63,680 nucleotides of DNA, filler included, from Aduncisulcus paluster (GCA_024181965.1; 44 parts of 44 records of this genome joined end to end with filler, not necessarily neighbours in it), one strand, 5' to 3'. Positions 43,648 through 54,337 are shown, numbered from the whole stretch's first letter. Notes: a model not told the origin generated them from the letters alone. Program-made: numbers and translations.

Positions 43648-44386
43648 TCACACCCGCCTAGGATCACTGATGCATCCGGCGATGGCCGATGCGGCCACCG
43701 TCGCGGGACTGGCCAAATGTGTTCGCACACCGGGTCCTTGACGGTTTTCGAAGTTCCGATTAGTGGAACTGATCACCCGGGTGCTCGGCGCAAAGCGGTC
43801 GCCCCCGGCGTAAAAGCATAACCCACAACCGGATTCACGCCATTGGAATCCCGCCTCAATAAAGATCTTGTCGATGCCTTCGGCTTCGGCCGCTCGGCGC
43901 ACCGCGGTGGATCCGGGCGTGCATAGAGCCGTGACTCCCGCTGCCACCTGGTGGCCGCGCAACACTTCGGCCGCAAACCGGAGATCGCTCAACCGGGCGT
44001 TGGTGCAGGATCCGATGAAAACGGCGTCAATGGGCAACCCGGCGAGTGACATGCCCGGCCGTAGCGCCATGTAGTCCAGCGCACGCTGCGCGGCGACGGG
44101 GTCGGAGGTGTCCTCAGGAGGCGGGATCGGCGCATCGATTCCCGATGCGTGCTGCGGACTGGTACCCCATGTCACCTGGGGCGCCAGTCCTGCCGCATCG
44201 AGTCGCACGGTGCGGTCATAGGCGGCGCCGGGGTCGCTGCGCAAATCCAGCCACGCGTGCGCGGCAACCTCCCATTCGTCGCCCACGGGGCAGAAGGGGC
44301 GTCCTTCCAAAAACTTCAGCAGGGTCGCGTCGGGCGCAACCAGGCCGGTGCGGGCGCCAGCCTCAGTTGCCATGTTGCATAGCGTA
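43648..44386 (-). CDS. 3-isopropylmalate dehydratase large subunit-like (LeuC paralogue), C-terminal part
   Basis: LCNMATEAGA, PQVTWGTSP, FIGSCTNARLSDLR, GCGLC, STNRNFENRQG, THLASP. Confidence 0.92.
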
Positions 44387-44488
44387 NNNNNNNNNNNNNN
44401 NNNNNNNNNNNNNNNNNNNNNNNNNNNNNNTTAATTAATTAANNNNNNNNNNNNNNNNNNNNNNNNNNNNNNNNNNNNNNNNNNNNCA

Positions 44489-45739
44489 CAAAATGAAAAA
44501 ATCACTTCAATTGCAGCAGGAAAAGGGCATATTTTAGTTTTGAGTGAAACAGGTATTGTATATGGATGGGGACTAAATGCAAGTAGTCAGCTAGGATATT
44601 ATGGATATCAGTATAAAAACACAGATGAAGCGTGGGATAGAACTATTTTTGGTCCAAAGGTTATTTTAGAAAATAACGATACAAATCAAGTTACACAAGT
44701 ATATGCTGGAGGAAATTCAAGTTATATTTTAAGAGAAGATAAAAAAATATATCCATGGGGACAATATGGAGAAACAAGTGATGCAGGTAAGCAAGAATAT
44801 AATAATTTAGATTTTCCTGAAGACAAATTAACAGCAATTAGTTCAGTAAAAAACATCGCAGCAGGATCACTTCATATAGCAGCAGTTCAAGAGGATGAGA
44901 CTATTTTTACTTGGAGATGGAGTTATGAAGGTTCATTAGGTGGTGGAGAAGCAACAGCAAATATATGGTTTTATAATTATCCAATCAAACCTATTTTTAA
45001 AGTAGATTCAAATAGCTCAAATCCTGATGATACAACAGATAGTGAAATAGATGACTCAAAATGGGCACCAAATGGTGGTAATGCAACTGTAAAATATGAT
45101 AAAGTTGAGCCTTTTATGAAAATTTCAGAGAAAATTTCTGAAGGGGAGATTAGTGGGGTGTCACAAGGGAGGGAACTTTTTCTTGCTCAGTGGGATGTAG
45201 CAGGAGGTTCTAGACCGACACTTGATGGGCTAGGACCATTGTTTAATGCAAATGCTTGTACCTCTTGTCATGTTTCAAATGGAAGAGTTGTACCATATTT
45301 TAATGATGGTACAACAGATAAATCATTTTTATTTCGTGTAGGAAATGAAAAAGGTGAACAACATCCAATTTTCGGAGGACAACTACAAACACAAGCAACA
45401 GTTGGTGTAGCAGAAAGTAATATCACATGGAGTAAAGATGCAAATGATAATATACAATTTATCTCATCAGCAGATTTACATTCAGATGGATTTAATATGG
45501 GTGGTAGAATCTCTCCACATTTATTAGGGATGGGACTTTTAGATTTAGTATCAGAAGCAACTATTTTAGAGTATGAAGATGTCTATGACTCAAATAAAGA
45601 TGGGATATCAGGAAGAGCTCATTGGGTTATAGAAGAGGGTGAAACAAAAATCGGTAGATTTGGATGGAAAGCTATTAACTCGAGTTTAAGAACTCAAAAT
45701 GCAGGAGCTTTACACCAAGATATGGGTCTTACAAGTGTT
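44489..45739 (+). CDS. Fusion of RCC1-like repeats and a di-haem oxidoreductase (DHOR/DUF1111-like) domain, fragment
   Basis: Three RCC1-type repeats (IAAGKGH..VYGWGLN..QLG), Ser/Asp linker, then GRELF..DGLGPLFNANACTSCH, GGQLQ, LLGMGLL, DGISGRA, GRFGWKA, in one frame. Confidence 0.85.
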
Positions 45740-45839
45740 NNNNNNNNNNNNNNNNNNNNNNNNNNNNNNNNNNNNNNNNNNNNTTAATTAATTAANNNNN
45801 NNNNNNNNNNNNNNNNNNNNNNNNNNNNNNNNNNNNNNN

Positions 45840-46821
45840 TTTTTGTTGCAATTGCTGCATCACCTATAACATGAACATCTTTAACTAGTCTTGACTCAAA
45901 TGTTTTTGTATTGATAGGACACCAGTCACCTTTTGTAAGTCCAGAATCAAATGCTAATTTTCCGGCTTTTTGATTTGGGATATAGTTTAGTACATCTGCT
46001 TTTACATCACCTTCTTCTGTAGTAAGTATTCTATTTTTAGGATCTACTTTAGTTACTTTACCACCAAATTCAGCACTTCTCCACTCAATCATATCTTCAT
46101 AGAGGTTTTCCCAACCCTCTGTAAATAATCCTTGTTTAGAAAATTTATTTTTTTGGTCTAATATAACAATTTTCGATTTTGGTTTATTATTTTTCAAATA
46201 ATGTGCAACTAAAGAAACTCTTTCATAAGGTCCAGGAGGACATCTAAAAGGATTTTCAGGAGCAACCATTACATAAGTACCACCATCTTTCATATCTTCA
46301 AGTTGTTTTCTTAAAAGTGAAGTTTGAGCTCCTGCTTTATATGCATGAGGTGAGTGTAGTTCTGAACCTTCTACATACCCTTTGTCATACTTGAAATCTA
46401 TCCCTGGAGATACAATAGCTTTATGATATGCAATAACTTCACCATTTTCTAAAATAACACTATTTATACTACCATCAACTTTTTTTACTTTTTCATGTAG
46501 TACTTTTATTTTGTATTTACTTTCTAAAGTTTTGTAGTCATGTCTGATATAGTCTATATCATTTATACCTGCAATTACAGTGTTTCCAAATGGACAAGTG
46601 TAGTACTCTTCATTTTGCTCTATTAATACAACTTCAGTATCAGGGCTAAACTTTTTGAGGTATTTAGCAGCTGTAGCTCCACCAAAACCACCACCAACAA
46701 TAACAACTCTTTTTTTATTTTTTGGTAATGTTCCTGACATATTTGTAAGACTACTACAAGCTGCCATTGAAAGTGCAAAAGAGCTTACCACTAATTTATT
46801 AAAATTTCTTCTATTTAACAT
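45840..46821 (-). CDS. fccB: Flavocytochrome c sulfide dehydrogenase flavoprotein, 3' truncated
   Basis: NRRNF Tat motif, VGGGFGGATAAKY, YYTCPFGN, PFRCPPGPYER, WCPIN, VIGDA. Confidence 0.9.
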
Positions 46822-46833
46822 AATAATATCCCC

Positions 46834-47004
46834 TTATCTTTTTACTTTAGAAAAGTAATATGAAACTTGTTCTAACTCTTCATCAGAAAAACCTTTAACA
46901 TGCTTTTGCATCATTGTTCCAGTTTGTCTTCCATATTTAAAATCTAGTAAAATTTTGTTCATACTAGTTTTTCCCATCCCTGCTAAAGTAGGTGTAATAC
47001 CATT
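46834..47004 (-). CDS. c-type cytochrome subunit of sulfide dehydrogenase, C-terminus (not in the ORF track)
   Basis: Manual translation TPTLAGM..LLDFKYG..GTMMQKHVKGFSDEELEQVSYYFS, class I cytochrome c tail directly upstream of fccB. Confidence 0.8.
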   Translation of the reverse strand, partial: NGITPTLAGMGKTSMNKILLDFKYGRQTGTMMQKHVKGFSDEELEQVSYYFSKVKR

Positions 47005-47104
47005 NNNNNNNNNNNNNNNNNNNNNNNNNNNNNNNNNNNNNNNNNNNNTTAATTAATTAANNNNNNNNNNNNNNNNNNNNNNNNNNNNNNNNNNNNNNNN
47101 NNNN

Positions 47105-48272
47105 CTACTATAGAAGAAAATTTTAGAGATGATCCATTAAAACAAATGGTATTAGAAAAAATTACTGATGATACTTTGACTGTATATTCTCAAGGTGACT
47201 TTGAAGATTTATGTAGAGGTCCACACTTGCCAAATACAAAAATGATTAGAAACTTTAAACTTATTAGAGTTGCTGGTGCGTATTTAGGTGGAGATGAAGA
47301 GAATGAGATGATTACTAGAATTTATGGTATCTCATTTTTTGATAAGCAAGAACTAAAAGACTATATAACTATGCTTGAAGAAGCAAAAAAAAGAGATCAT
47401 AGAAGATTAGGTACAGATTTAAAGCTATTTACATTTAGTGATGATGTAGGTGCAGGTTTACCATTATGGCTTCCAAATGGTGCACGACTTAGAGGTAAAT
47501 TAGAACAACTTTTATATAAAGCTCATAGAGTAAGAGGATACCAGCCTGTACGTGCTCCGGAAATCTTAAAAGCAGAAGCTTGGGTAAAATCAGGACACTA
47601 TGCTAACTATAAAGAAAATATGTACTTTACATCAATTGACGATATGGAATATGGTTTAAAACCAATGAACTGTGTTGGACATATTGAAATATTTAAAAAT
47701 GATTTAGTTTCATATAAAGATTTACCACTTAAATTTTTCGAGTATGGTGTAGTTCATAGACATGAATTAAGTGGAGCTATGCATGGGTTATTTAGAGTAA
47801 GAGAGTTTACTCAAGATGATGCACATATATTTTGTACACAAGATCAAGTAAAATCTGTAATTATAGAAGTAATTGAGTTTGTTGAAAGTCTTATGTCTTT
47901 CTTTGGCTTTAAATATGAGATGGAAGTATCTACAAAACCTAAAAAAGCTATCGGAGATGATGCATTTTGGGAATCAACTACAAAAGGTATCAAAGATGCT
48001 TTAGATGAAAATGGATACACATATGGTATAGATGAAGGTGGTGGAGCATTTTATGGTCCAAAAATTGATATTAAAATAACAGATGCTATTGGAAGAAAAT
48101 GGCAATGTGGTACAATTCAGGTCGATATGAACCTACCTGAAAGATTTGATATCAACTATACTACATCAGATGATACAAGAGAGAGACCAGTAATGATTCA
48201 TAGAGCTATTCTTGGTTCTTTTGAAAGATTCATTGGAATTATGACAGAACACTTTGCTGGTGAATTTCCATT
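47105..48272 (+). CDS. thrS: Threonine--tRNA ligase, internal fragment
   Basis: DLCRGPH, RDHRRLG, LKPMNC, GLFRVREFTQDDAH, AFYGPKID, MIHRAILGSFERF. Confidence 0.98.
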
Positions 48273-48374
48273 NNNNNNNNNNNNNNNNNNNNNNNNNNNN
48301 NNNNNNNNNNNNNNNNTTAATTAATTAANNNNNNNNNNNNNNNNNNNNNNNNNNNNNNNNNNNNNNNNNNNNAC

Positions 48375-48914
48375 TGGGATAAATTTAAACAAGTTTTTGA
48401 CAGAGGTTTTAGTTTGGAACTTTTTAAAGGATTGGGGATTACTTTTAAGATTTTAAGAGGTGTGATTTTTAACAATGAATCACATAATACAAGATACCCT
48501 ATCGAAAAACTTCCAATAAGTCCTCGATATAGAGCGGTACATAAACTTCTAGCGCTTTTAGAAAGTGGAACAAACAGATGTATAGGCTGCGGGTTATGTG
48601 AAAAAATATGTATAGCAAACTGTATTCGAATGGATACTAAAATAGATGAAGAGTCACGAAAAGAAGTTTTAGAATATACGATAAATTTAGGACGATGTAT
48701 TTTTTGTGGGTATTGTGCTGAAGTTTGTCCAGAGTTAGCCATAGTTCATGGAGATAGATATGAAAATGCGAGTGAACAAAGAGAACATTTTGTTTTAAAA
48801 GAAGATATTTTGACTCCATTTGCAGAACTTCAACAACAGTTAGAATATCAAGGTTTTGGAGCAGTTTCACCAGATGCTGATGCTAGAATCAAAAAAACAC
48901 CGTTGGAATATTAA
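48375..48914 (+). CDS. nuoI: NADH-quinone oxidoreductase subunit I (Campylobacter-type), 5' truncated
   Basis: SPRYRAVHKL, CIGCGLCEKIC, CIFCGYCAEVCPELAIVHG. Confidence 0.95.
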   Translation, partial: WDKFKQVFDRGFSLELFKGLGITFKILRGVIFNNESHNTRYPIEKLPISPRYRAVHKLLALLESGTNRCIGCGLCEKICIANCIRMDTKIDEESRKEVLEYTINLGRCIFCGYCAEVCPELAIVHGDRYENASEQREHFVLKEDILTPFAELQQQLEYQGFGAVSPDADARIKKTPLEY

Positions 48915-48930
48915 ATATGAAGGATAATAT

Positions 48931-49421
48931 ATGTTTGAAGTAGTAGCTTTTTATCTATTTTCTTTTTTAACAATAGCTATGTTTAGCATAACTGTTATGA
49001 CAAAAAATGCACTTTATGCTTTAAGTTCACTAGCAGCTGGAATGATATTTATATCAGCATTTTTCTTTTTGCTTGGTGCTGAGTTTTTGGGTGCTGTGCA
49101 AATTGTTGTATATACAGGTGCTGTGATGGCACTCTATGCTTTTGGAATGATGTTTTTTGACTCAATGAAAGAGATAAAAGAATCACCACAAAACCCAAGG
49201 CTTACTTTTGTATTGACAGGAATGATTGCACTTATTATAGTATTTATTTTTACAGCTCCAATTATTGGTGCAAATATAACAGCAGAGTATCCGCTAGGAA
49301 TGGCTGCAGAATTATACGGAACAATTGATGGAAATACGCAAGATATAGGAATAGTTTTATTTACAAAATATTTAGTACCTTTTGAAGTTGCTGCTGTGAT
49401 GTTACTTGTTGCTATGATAGG
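48931..49421 (+). CDS. nuoJ: NADH-quinone oxidoreductase subunit J (Campylobacter-type), 3' truncated
   Basis: MFEVVAFY, QIVVYTGAVMALYAFGMMFFD, LVPFEVAAVMLLVAMI. Confidence 0.93.
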
Positions 49422-49521
49422 NNNNNNNNNNNNNNNNNNNNNNNNNNNNNNNNNNNNNNNNNNNNTTAATTAATTAANNNNNNNNNNNNNNNNNNNNNNN
49501 NNNNNNNNNNNNNNNNNNNNN

Positions 49522-50098
49522 TTTTTGAACGGTCCTCATAATAGACTACCTCACATGGTCTAAGGGAGGATGTTATCTTGGCTTTGAGGCTTCCTAGTGG
49601 TGCCACAATCTTAGAAAGCAGGGAGTAATCGGTGAATATTTTCGCCGGTGGCCATTCTTTTATGAGCACACCTGATATATCTTCAAGGTCAACTGAGCCA
49701 GTTGGAGACAGCAATGTAAAGTGGTAGGACTCGAGCGCTACCCAGACAACATCTGATTCGGCGTCACCTCGGTTATAGAGAGTGATTCCACCCTGATCCA
49801 CGATACCAATGCAAATTTTTGCAGCTTTTGCAAACGCAAAAATTTCATCGGAAGTCGCAAGATAGTCGTGGTCCAGGGCTTCACCAACAGTCTTGGAACC
49901 GCCAAGATAGGACAAACATTTCATGGTTACACCGAGTCTTTTGGCAAGCTTCTCGTGAACCTTCCCGGTAAGGGCTGCGGACATGCAGTAATAAAAACAA
50001 AGATTATCCGTGCCACTTACGTAAGTTAACCGGGGGCAGTGACCAAAAATCGCAGTAAGAAGCTGTAAAATATTACGGGAGAGGGTATAACCTTCCAT
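49522..50098 (-). CDS. N-terminus of a protein starting with an OTU-like cysteine protease domain, 3' truncated
   Basis: VSGTDNLCFYYCMSAAL (Cys box), LATSDEIFAFAKAAKICIGIVD (central helix-strand), VWVALESYHFTLL (His box). Confidence 0.65.
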
Positions 50099-50497
50099 TA
50101 CTCGGGCAAATCGAAATTTCCGGGGATATCAACGGGTTACCACAAAAAAAAAAATTAATTGTTATCGCTTTATGCTTAATTAGATTATGATAGAGTTAAT
50201 CAGAGGTGGTAATTTATTTTATTTATTAGAATCATACCAAATCAGAGATCATGACTGGGGAGATACATGATCCTGTACTTCTCGAGCAGGATCTGAATGG
50301 GAAGAGGGCTCGAAGCAAAACACTTGAATTGAGTAAAAAGATATTCTAAACCTCATTATTATTTACTAAAAAATCAACCGGTGTCCAGGAGAATCATAAT
50401 TCGGGTTGTTCGTTGTTTGTTGTTGAACAACATGAAATAAAGGCGCCTGGAAAACGTAGGAATGTTACACCAAAGTAAAATTGTATCAAGTTGTTTT

Positions 50498-50717
50498 TTA
50501 TTCATCTTGGGTTTCTTCCTGGTCTTCATCTTCATTGAGGACCTTGAAGATAGACATGCGATGTGGCTGTGATGGAGCCCGGGAATGTTCTACCCGTGTT
50601 GTTGACTGTACAACTTCAGACTCTTCAACCCCACTTGATTGTGAGAGGCTCTGAGAAGCAACACTTGCAGCCCAATCCTTACAAGTGGCATATTCTCTCA
50701 GGATTTCCATTTCAGAT
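50498..50717 (-). CDS. C-terminus of an unknown protein with a Ser-rich, acidic disordered tail
   Basis: Open from the segment edge, ends NEDEDQEETQDE; same strand as the OTU-like ORF. Confidence 0.55.
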
Positions 50718-50853
50718 NNNNNNNNNNNNNNNNNNNNNNNNNNNNNNNNNNNNNNNNNNNNTTAATTAATTAANNNNNNNNNNNNNNNNNNNNNNNNNNN
50801 NNNNNNNNNNNNNNNNNCTGTTACACTTTTTAGTTCTAATATTGTTACATCTA

Positions 50854-51153
50854 TCATGATTGTTTCTCACTTAAAAATTTATACAGCATATCACTAATAC
50901 CAAGTGATCCTGATGATTTTTGAGAAAGAGCATCTGTATACATACCTTTTATGATATCTGAACCAGTTCCCTCTCCCGCCATTTTTGATGATTTTAATGA
51001 TACTTCTAAAATTTGATTCATAAAAAATGATTCAAAACTATTACATACATCTCTTAATGAACTATCATCTTTTAGATTTTGAGTACTCATAGATTCTAAT
51101 TTGTTAGGTTTTGTACTCATTATGTCTACAAATTGATTATTTATTTCCATCAT
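50854..51153 (-). CDS. Rod-binding (FlgJ N-terminal-like) protein
   Basis: LRDVCNSFESFFMNQIL..MYTDALS..LGISDMLYKFL. Confidence 0.85.
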   Translation of the reverse strand: MMEINNQFVDIMSTKPNKLESMSTQNLKDDSSLRDVCNSFESFFMNQILEVSLKSSKMAGEGTGSDIIKGMYTDALSQKSSGSLGISDMLYKFLSEKQS

Positions 51154-51159
51154 AACTCC

Positions 51160-51834
51160 TTATTCCTCTATTCTATCAAAAAAGCTTTCATCTTCAGCCA
51201 TTCTGTTACTGTCCTGACTTGTTGAAACAAATCGTAACTCTACTCTTCTATTTTCAAAAGCATTATCACTTTTTGGTCTATACGATCCAAATGCACTTAC
51301 TTTTAAAGTAGCTGGATCGATTCTATTTTTGATGAACTCTTTTACAACAGCAATTGATCGAAGAGCAGAAACATCCCATGAATCACGAGGAATACCATTT
51401 GATCTTTGATAATTGGAACCAGTATGACCAGCTACTTCAATATCAAATTCTTGTGTCATAGTTCGTAAAACCTTAGATACTTTTGTAATAAATCTTTTTG
51501 CATTAGGATTAGTCAGTTCATACTCCCCTTCTTCAAATATCAATGAAGAGGGTATATCTAAAGTAAATTCATTATTTCCTTTAAGTGTTAATTGAACTTC
51601 TTGATTGTCTTTATCACTTGTATCATTAAACTCCTGAGTAATCTCCTCAATCAGCTTAGAAACATCTGCAGACTCACTATCTTGCCCTACACTATCACCA
51701 CTTCCTGATTCTGATTTATCAGCGTGATATTGAGAAAGAGATTCTTTTTCTGCTTCTGCTGTATCTTGAGCACCTTGCAAAAAGCCCATACTTCTTCTCA
51801 TAATCTCAAAATACTCTTCAACTTTTTTCTTATC
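51160..51834 (-). CDS. motB: Flagellar motor protein MotB-like, 5' truncated
   Basis: OmpA-like domain IEVAGHT..WDVSALRSIAVV..AFGSYRP..NRRVE among flagellar genes. Confidence 0.85.
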   Translation of the reverse strand, partial: DKKKVEEYFEIMRRSMGFLQGAQDTAEAEKESLSQYHADKSESGSGDSVGQDSESADVSKLIEEITQEFNDTSDKDNQEVQLTLKGNNEFTLDIPSSLIFEEGEYELTNPNAKRFITKVSKVLRTMTQEFDIEVAGHTGSNYQRSNGIPRDSWDVSALRSIAVVKEFIKNRIDPATLKVSAFGSYRPKSDNAFENRRVELRFVSTSQDSNRMAEDESFFDRIEE

Positions 51835-51934
51835 NNNNNNNNNNNNNNNNNNNNNNNNNNNNNNNNNNNNNNNNNNNNTTAATTAATTAANNNNNNNNNN
51901 NNNNNNNNNNNNNNNNNNNNNNNNNNNNNNNNNN

Positions 51935-52491
51935 AGCTCTAAATCAAAACCTTTATTTCGTCCATCTTTATCAACCGATTGTAATAATATTTCTCCAGCA
52001 CCTCGTTTTTCAACTTCTTTTGCCCATTCTATTACATTTTTACCAGATTGAATCCGTCCACAATCACTATAACACTCCCAATGAGTGTCCCATTTTTTAG
52101 CTTCTATATTTACAACAACCGCTTGACTACCAAAAATTTCAGCCGCTTTATTTATAATAGTTGGATCTTCTTGTAATGCGAAAGTATTTATAGCAACTTT
52201 ATCCGCACCCAAATGAAAAAGTTTCGAAAAATCTTCAATAGACCTTACTGCTCCACCTACACCAAAAGGTATAAATAAATTATTTGCTGTCTTTTCAATT
52301 TCATCAAATACAATATCTCTTTGATATAAAGAAGATACAATATCTATATACATAACTTCATCTGCACCTTGCTCATAATATTTCTTTGCCATTTCAAAAG
52401 GAAACCCCACTTTTCTTAATCCTTCAAAATGTACAGGTTTCACTACATAGGGAGGTTTGACATCTAATTTTACTATTATTCTTGTATTCAT
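51935..52491 (-). CDS. HisF-like cyclase paralogue in a sugar-modification locus, 3' truncated
   Basis: RIIVKLDVK, QGADEV, GADKVAINT, FGSQAVVV, GAGEILLQSVDKDG; directly downstream of neuC. Confidence 0.9.
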
Positions 52492-52496
52492 CTATT

Positions 52497-52944
52497 TTAT
52501 TTCTCCTTTTTTAGATCATGAAAAGATTTTTTTAATATATTATCTAAATCAACATTTTTTATAACTTCAATAATTTGTTCACTAGCGCATCCATCACCAT
52601 AGGGATTTTTTACTGTTTTTAAAATATCTTTGAACTCACTCAAATAAAGTTTATCAAAAGCTTTTTTAATACTTGGTTTATTTGGTTCACAATCTAGCAC
52701 ACTGTCTGCTTTGATTCGCCCTTTTTGTCTATCTCCAATATTGATTGTTCCTATTTTAAAACTAGGAGCTTCGGCTAATCCACTTGAACTATTTCCTACC
52801 ATCGCATCTACATATTGTAAAGCACTTAGATATCTAAGTTGTCCTAAAGATGTAAAGCATACTGCTTTATGAGCATTTTTAGCCACATAGTCATCACACA
52901 TTTGATTTATAATTCTTCCATCAGTGTCACTATTTGCTTTTGTG
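52497..52944 (-). CDS. neuC: UDP-GlcNAc 2-epimerase, hydrolysing (NeuC/LegG), C-terminus
   Basis: SLGQLRYLS, VGNSSSGLAEAPS, NIGDRQKGR, NPYGDG. Confidence 0.9.
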
Positions 52945-53044
52945 NNNNNNNNNNNNNNNNNNNNNNNNNNNNNNNNNNNNNNNNNNNNTTAATTAATTAA
53001 NNNNNNNNNNNNNNNNNNNNNNNNNNNNNNNNNNNNNNNNNNNN

Positions 53045-54337
53045 ATTACGTGTTCCCCAACCCGTACGACAAGTCCGACACGGCGGCCATGGACTACGTG
53101 CGCCCGTTGAAGGAAGAGGTCAAGCGCCGGGGTTTGTGGGCGTGCCACCTCGGGCCCGAGCTGGGCGGTCCGGGCTTCGGCCAACTCAAACTGGCGCTAC
53201 TCAATGAGATCTTGGGCAGGTCGGTCTGGGCTCCTTCGATATTCGGATGCCAGGCGCCCGACACCGGCAACGCCGAGATTCTCGCCCACTATGGCACCGA
53301 AGCGCAGAAGGCCAAGTATCTGCAGCCGTTGATGGACGGCGATATCGGCTCCTGTTACGTCATGACCGAGCCGCAGGGCGGATCGGACCCGACGCTGTTC
53401 AAGACCACCGCCGTACGCGACGGCGACGAGTGGATCCTCAACGGAGAGAAGTGGTTCAATTCAGAGGCGCGGCACGCCTCGTTCTGGATCGTCATGGCGG
53501 TCACCAATACCGACGTCAGCCCGTATCAAGGAATGTCGATGTTCATCGTCGACCCGAGCGCCCCCGGTGTCGAAATCGTCCGGAACATCACGGTGCACGG
53601 GTTCAGCGAGGATGAGGCCTACACCCGCTTCACCAACGCACGGATTCCCGCCGAGAACATGTTGGGCGCCGAGGGCGGTGCGTTCGCCATCGCGCAGACC
53701 CGTCTCGGAGGCGGCCGCGTGCACCACGCCATGCGCACGGTGGCCCAGGTGCGCAAGGCGTTCGACATGATGTGTGANNNNNNNNNNNNNNNNNNNNNNN
53801 NNNNNNNNNNNNNNNNNNNNNNNNNNNNNNNNNNNNNNNNNNNNNNNNNNNNNNNNNNNNNNNNNNNNNNNNNNNNNNNNNNNNNNNNNNNNNNNNNNNN
53901 NNNNNNNNAAACTGCAGATGACACAGGAACGCATCGCCGACAGCTGGATCGAGATGGAATCCTTCCGGCTGCTGGTACTGCGCACGGCCTGGTTGATCGA
54001 TAAGCACCAGGATTACCTGAAGGTGCGCAAGGACATTTCGGCGATCAAGGCGGCGATGCCGAAGGTGATGCACGATGTGGCGCAGCGCGCACTGCATCTG
54101 CACGGCTCGCTGGGGGTGTCCGAGGAGATGCCGCTGGCCAAGATGTTCCTGTACTCCGAGGTGATGGGTCTGGTGGACGGACCGACCGAGGTGCACAAGG
54201 TCACCATCGCCAAGGAGGTGCTCAAGGACTACACCCCGTACGAGGGGCTCTTCCCGCCGAGCCACATTCCGGCGCTGACCGAAAAGGCGCGGGCCCACGT
54301 GGCGGCGCGGCTCGAGCACCGGGTGGGCAACCTGTGA
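53045..54337 (+). CDS. Acyl-CoA dehydrogenase (ACAD10/11-like), 5' truncated, spans a gap
   Basis: GCQAPDTGNAEIL, MTEPQGGSDP, LNGEKWF, AQTRLGGGRVHHAMR, LVDGPTEVHK. Confidence 0.93.
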
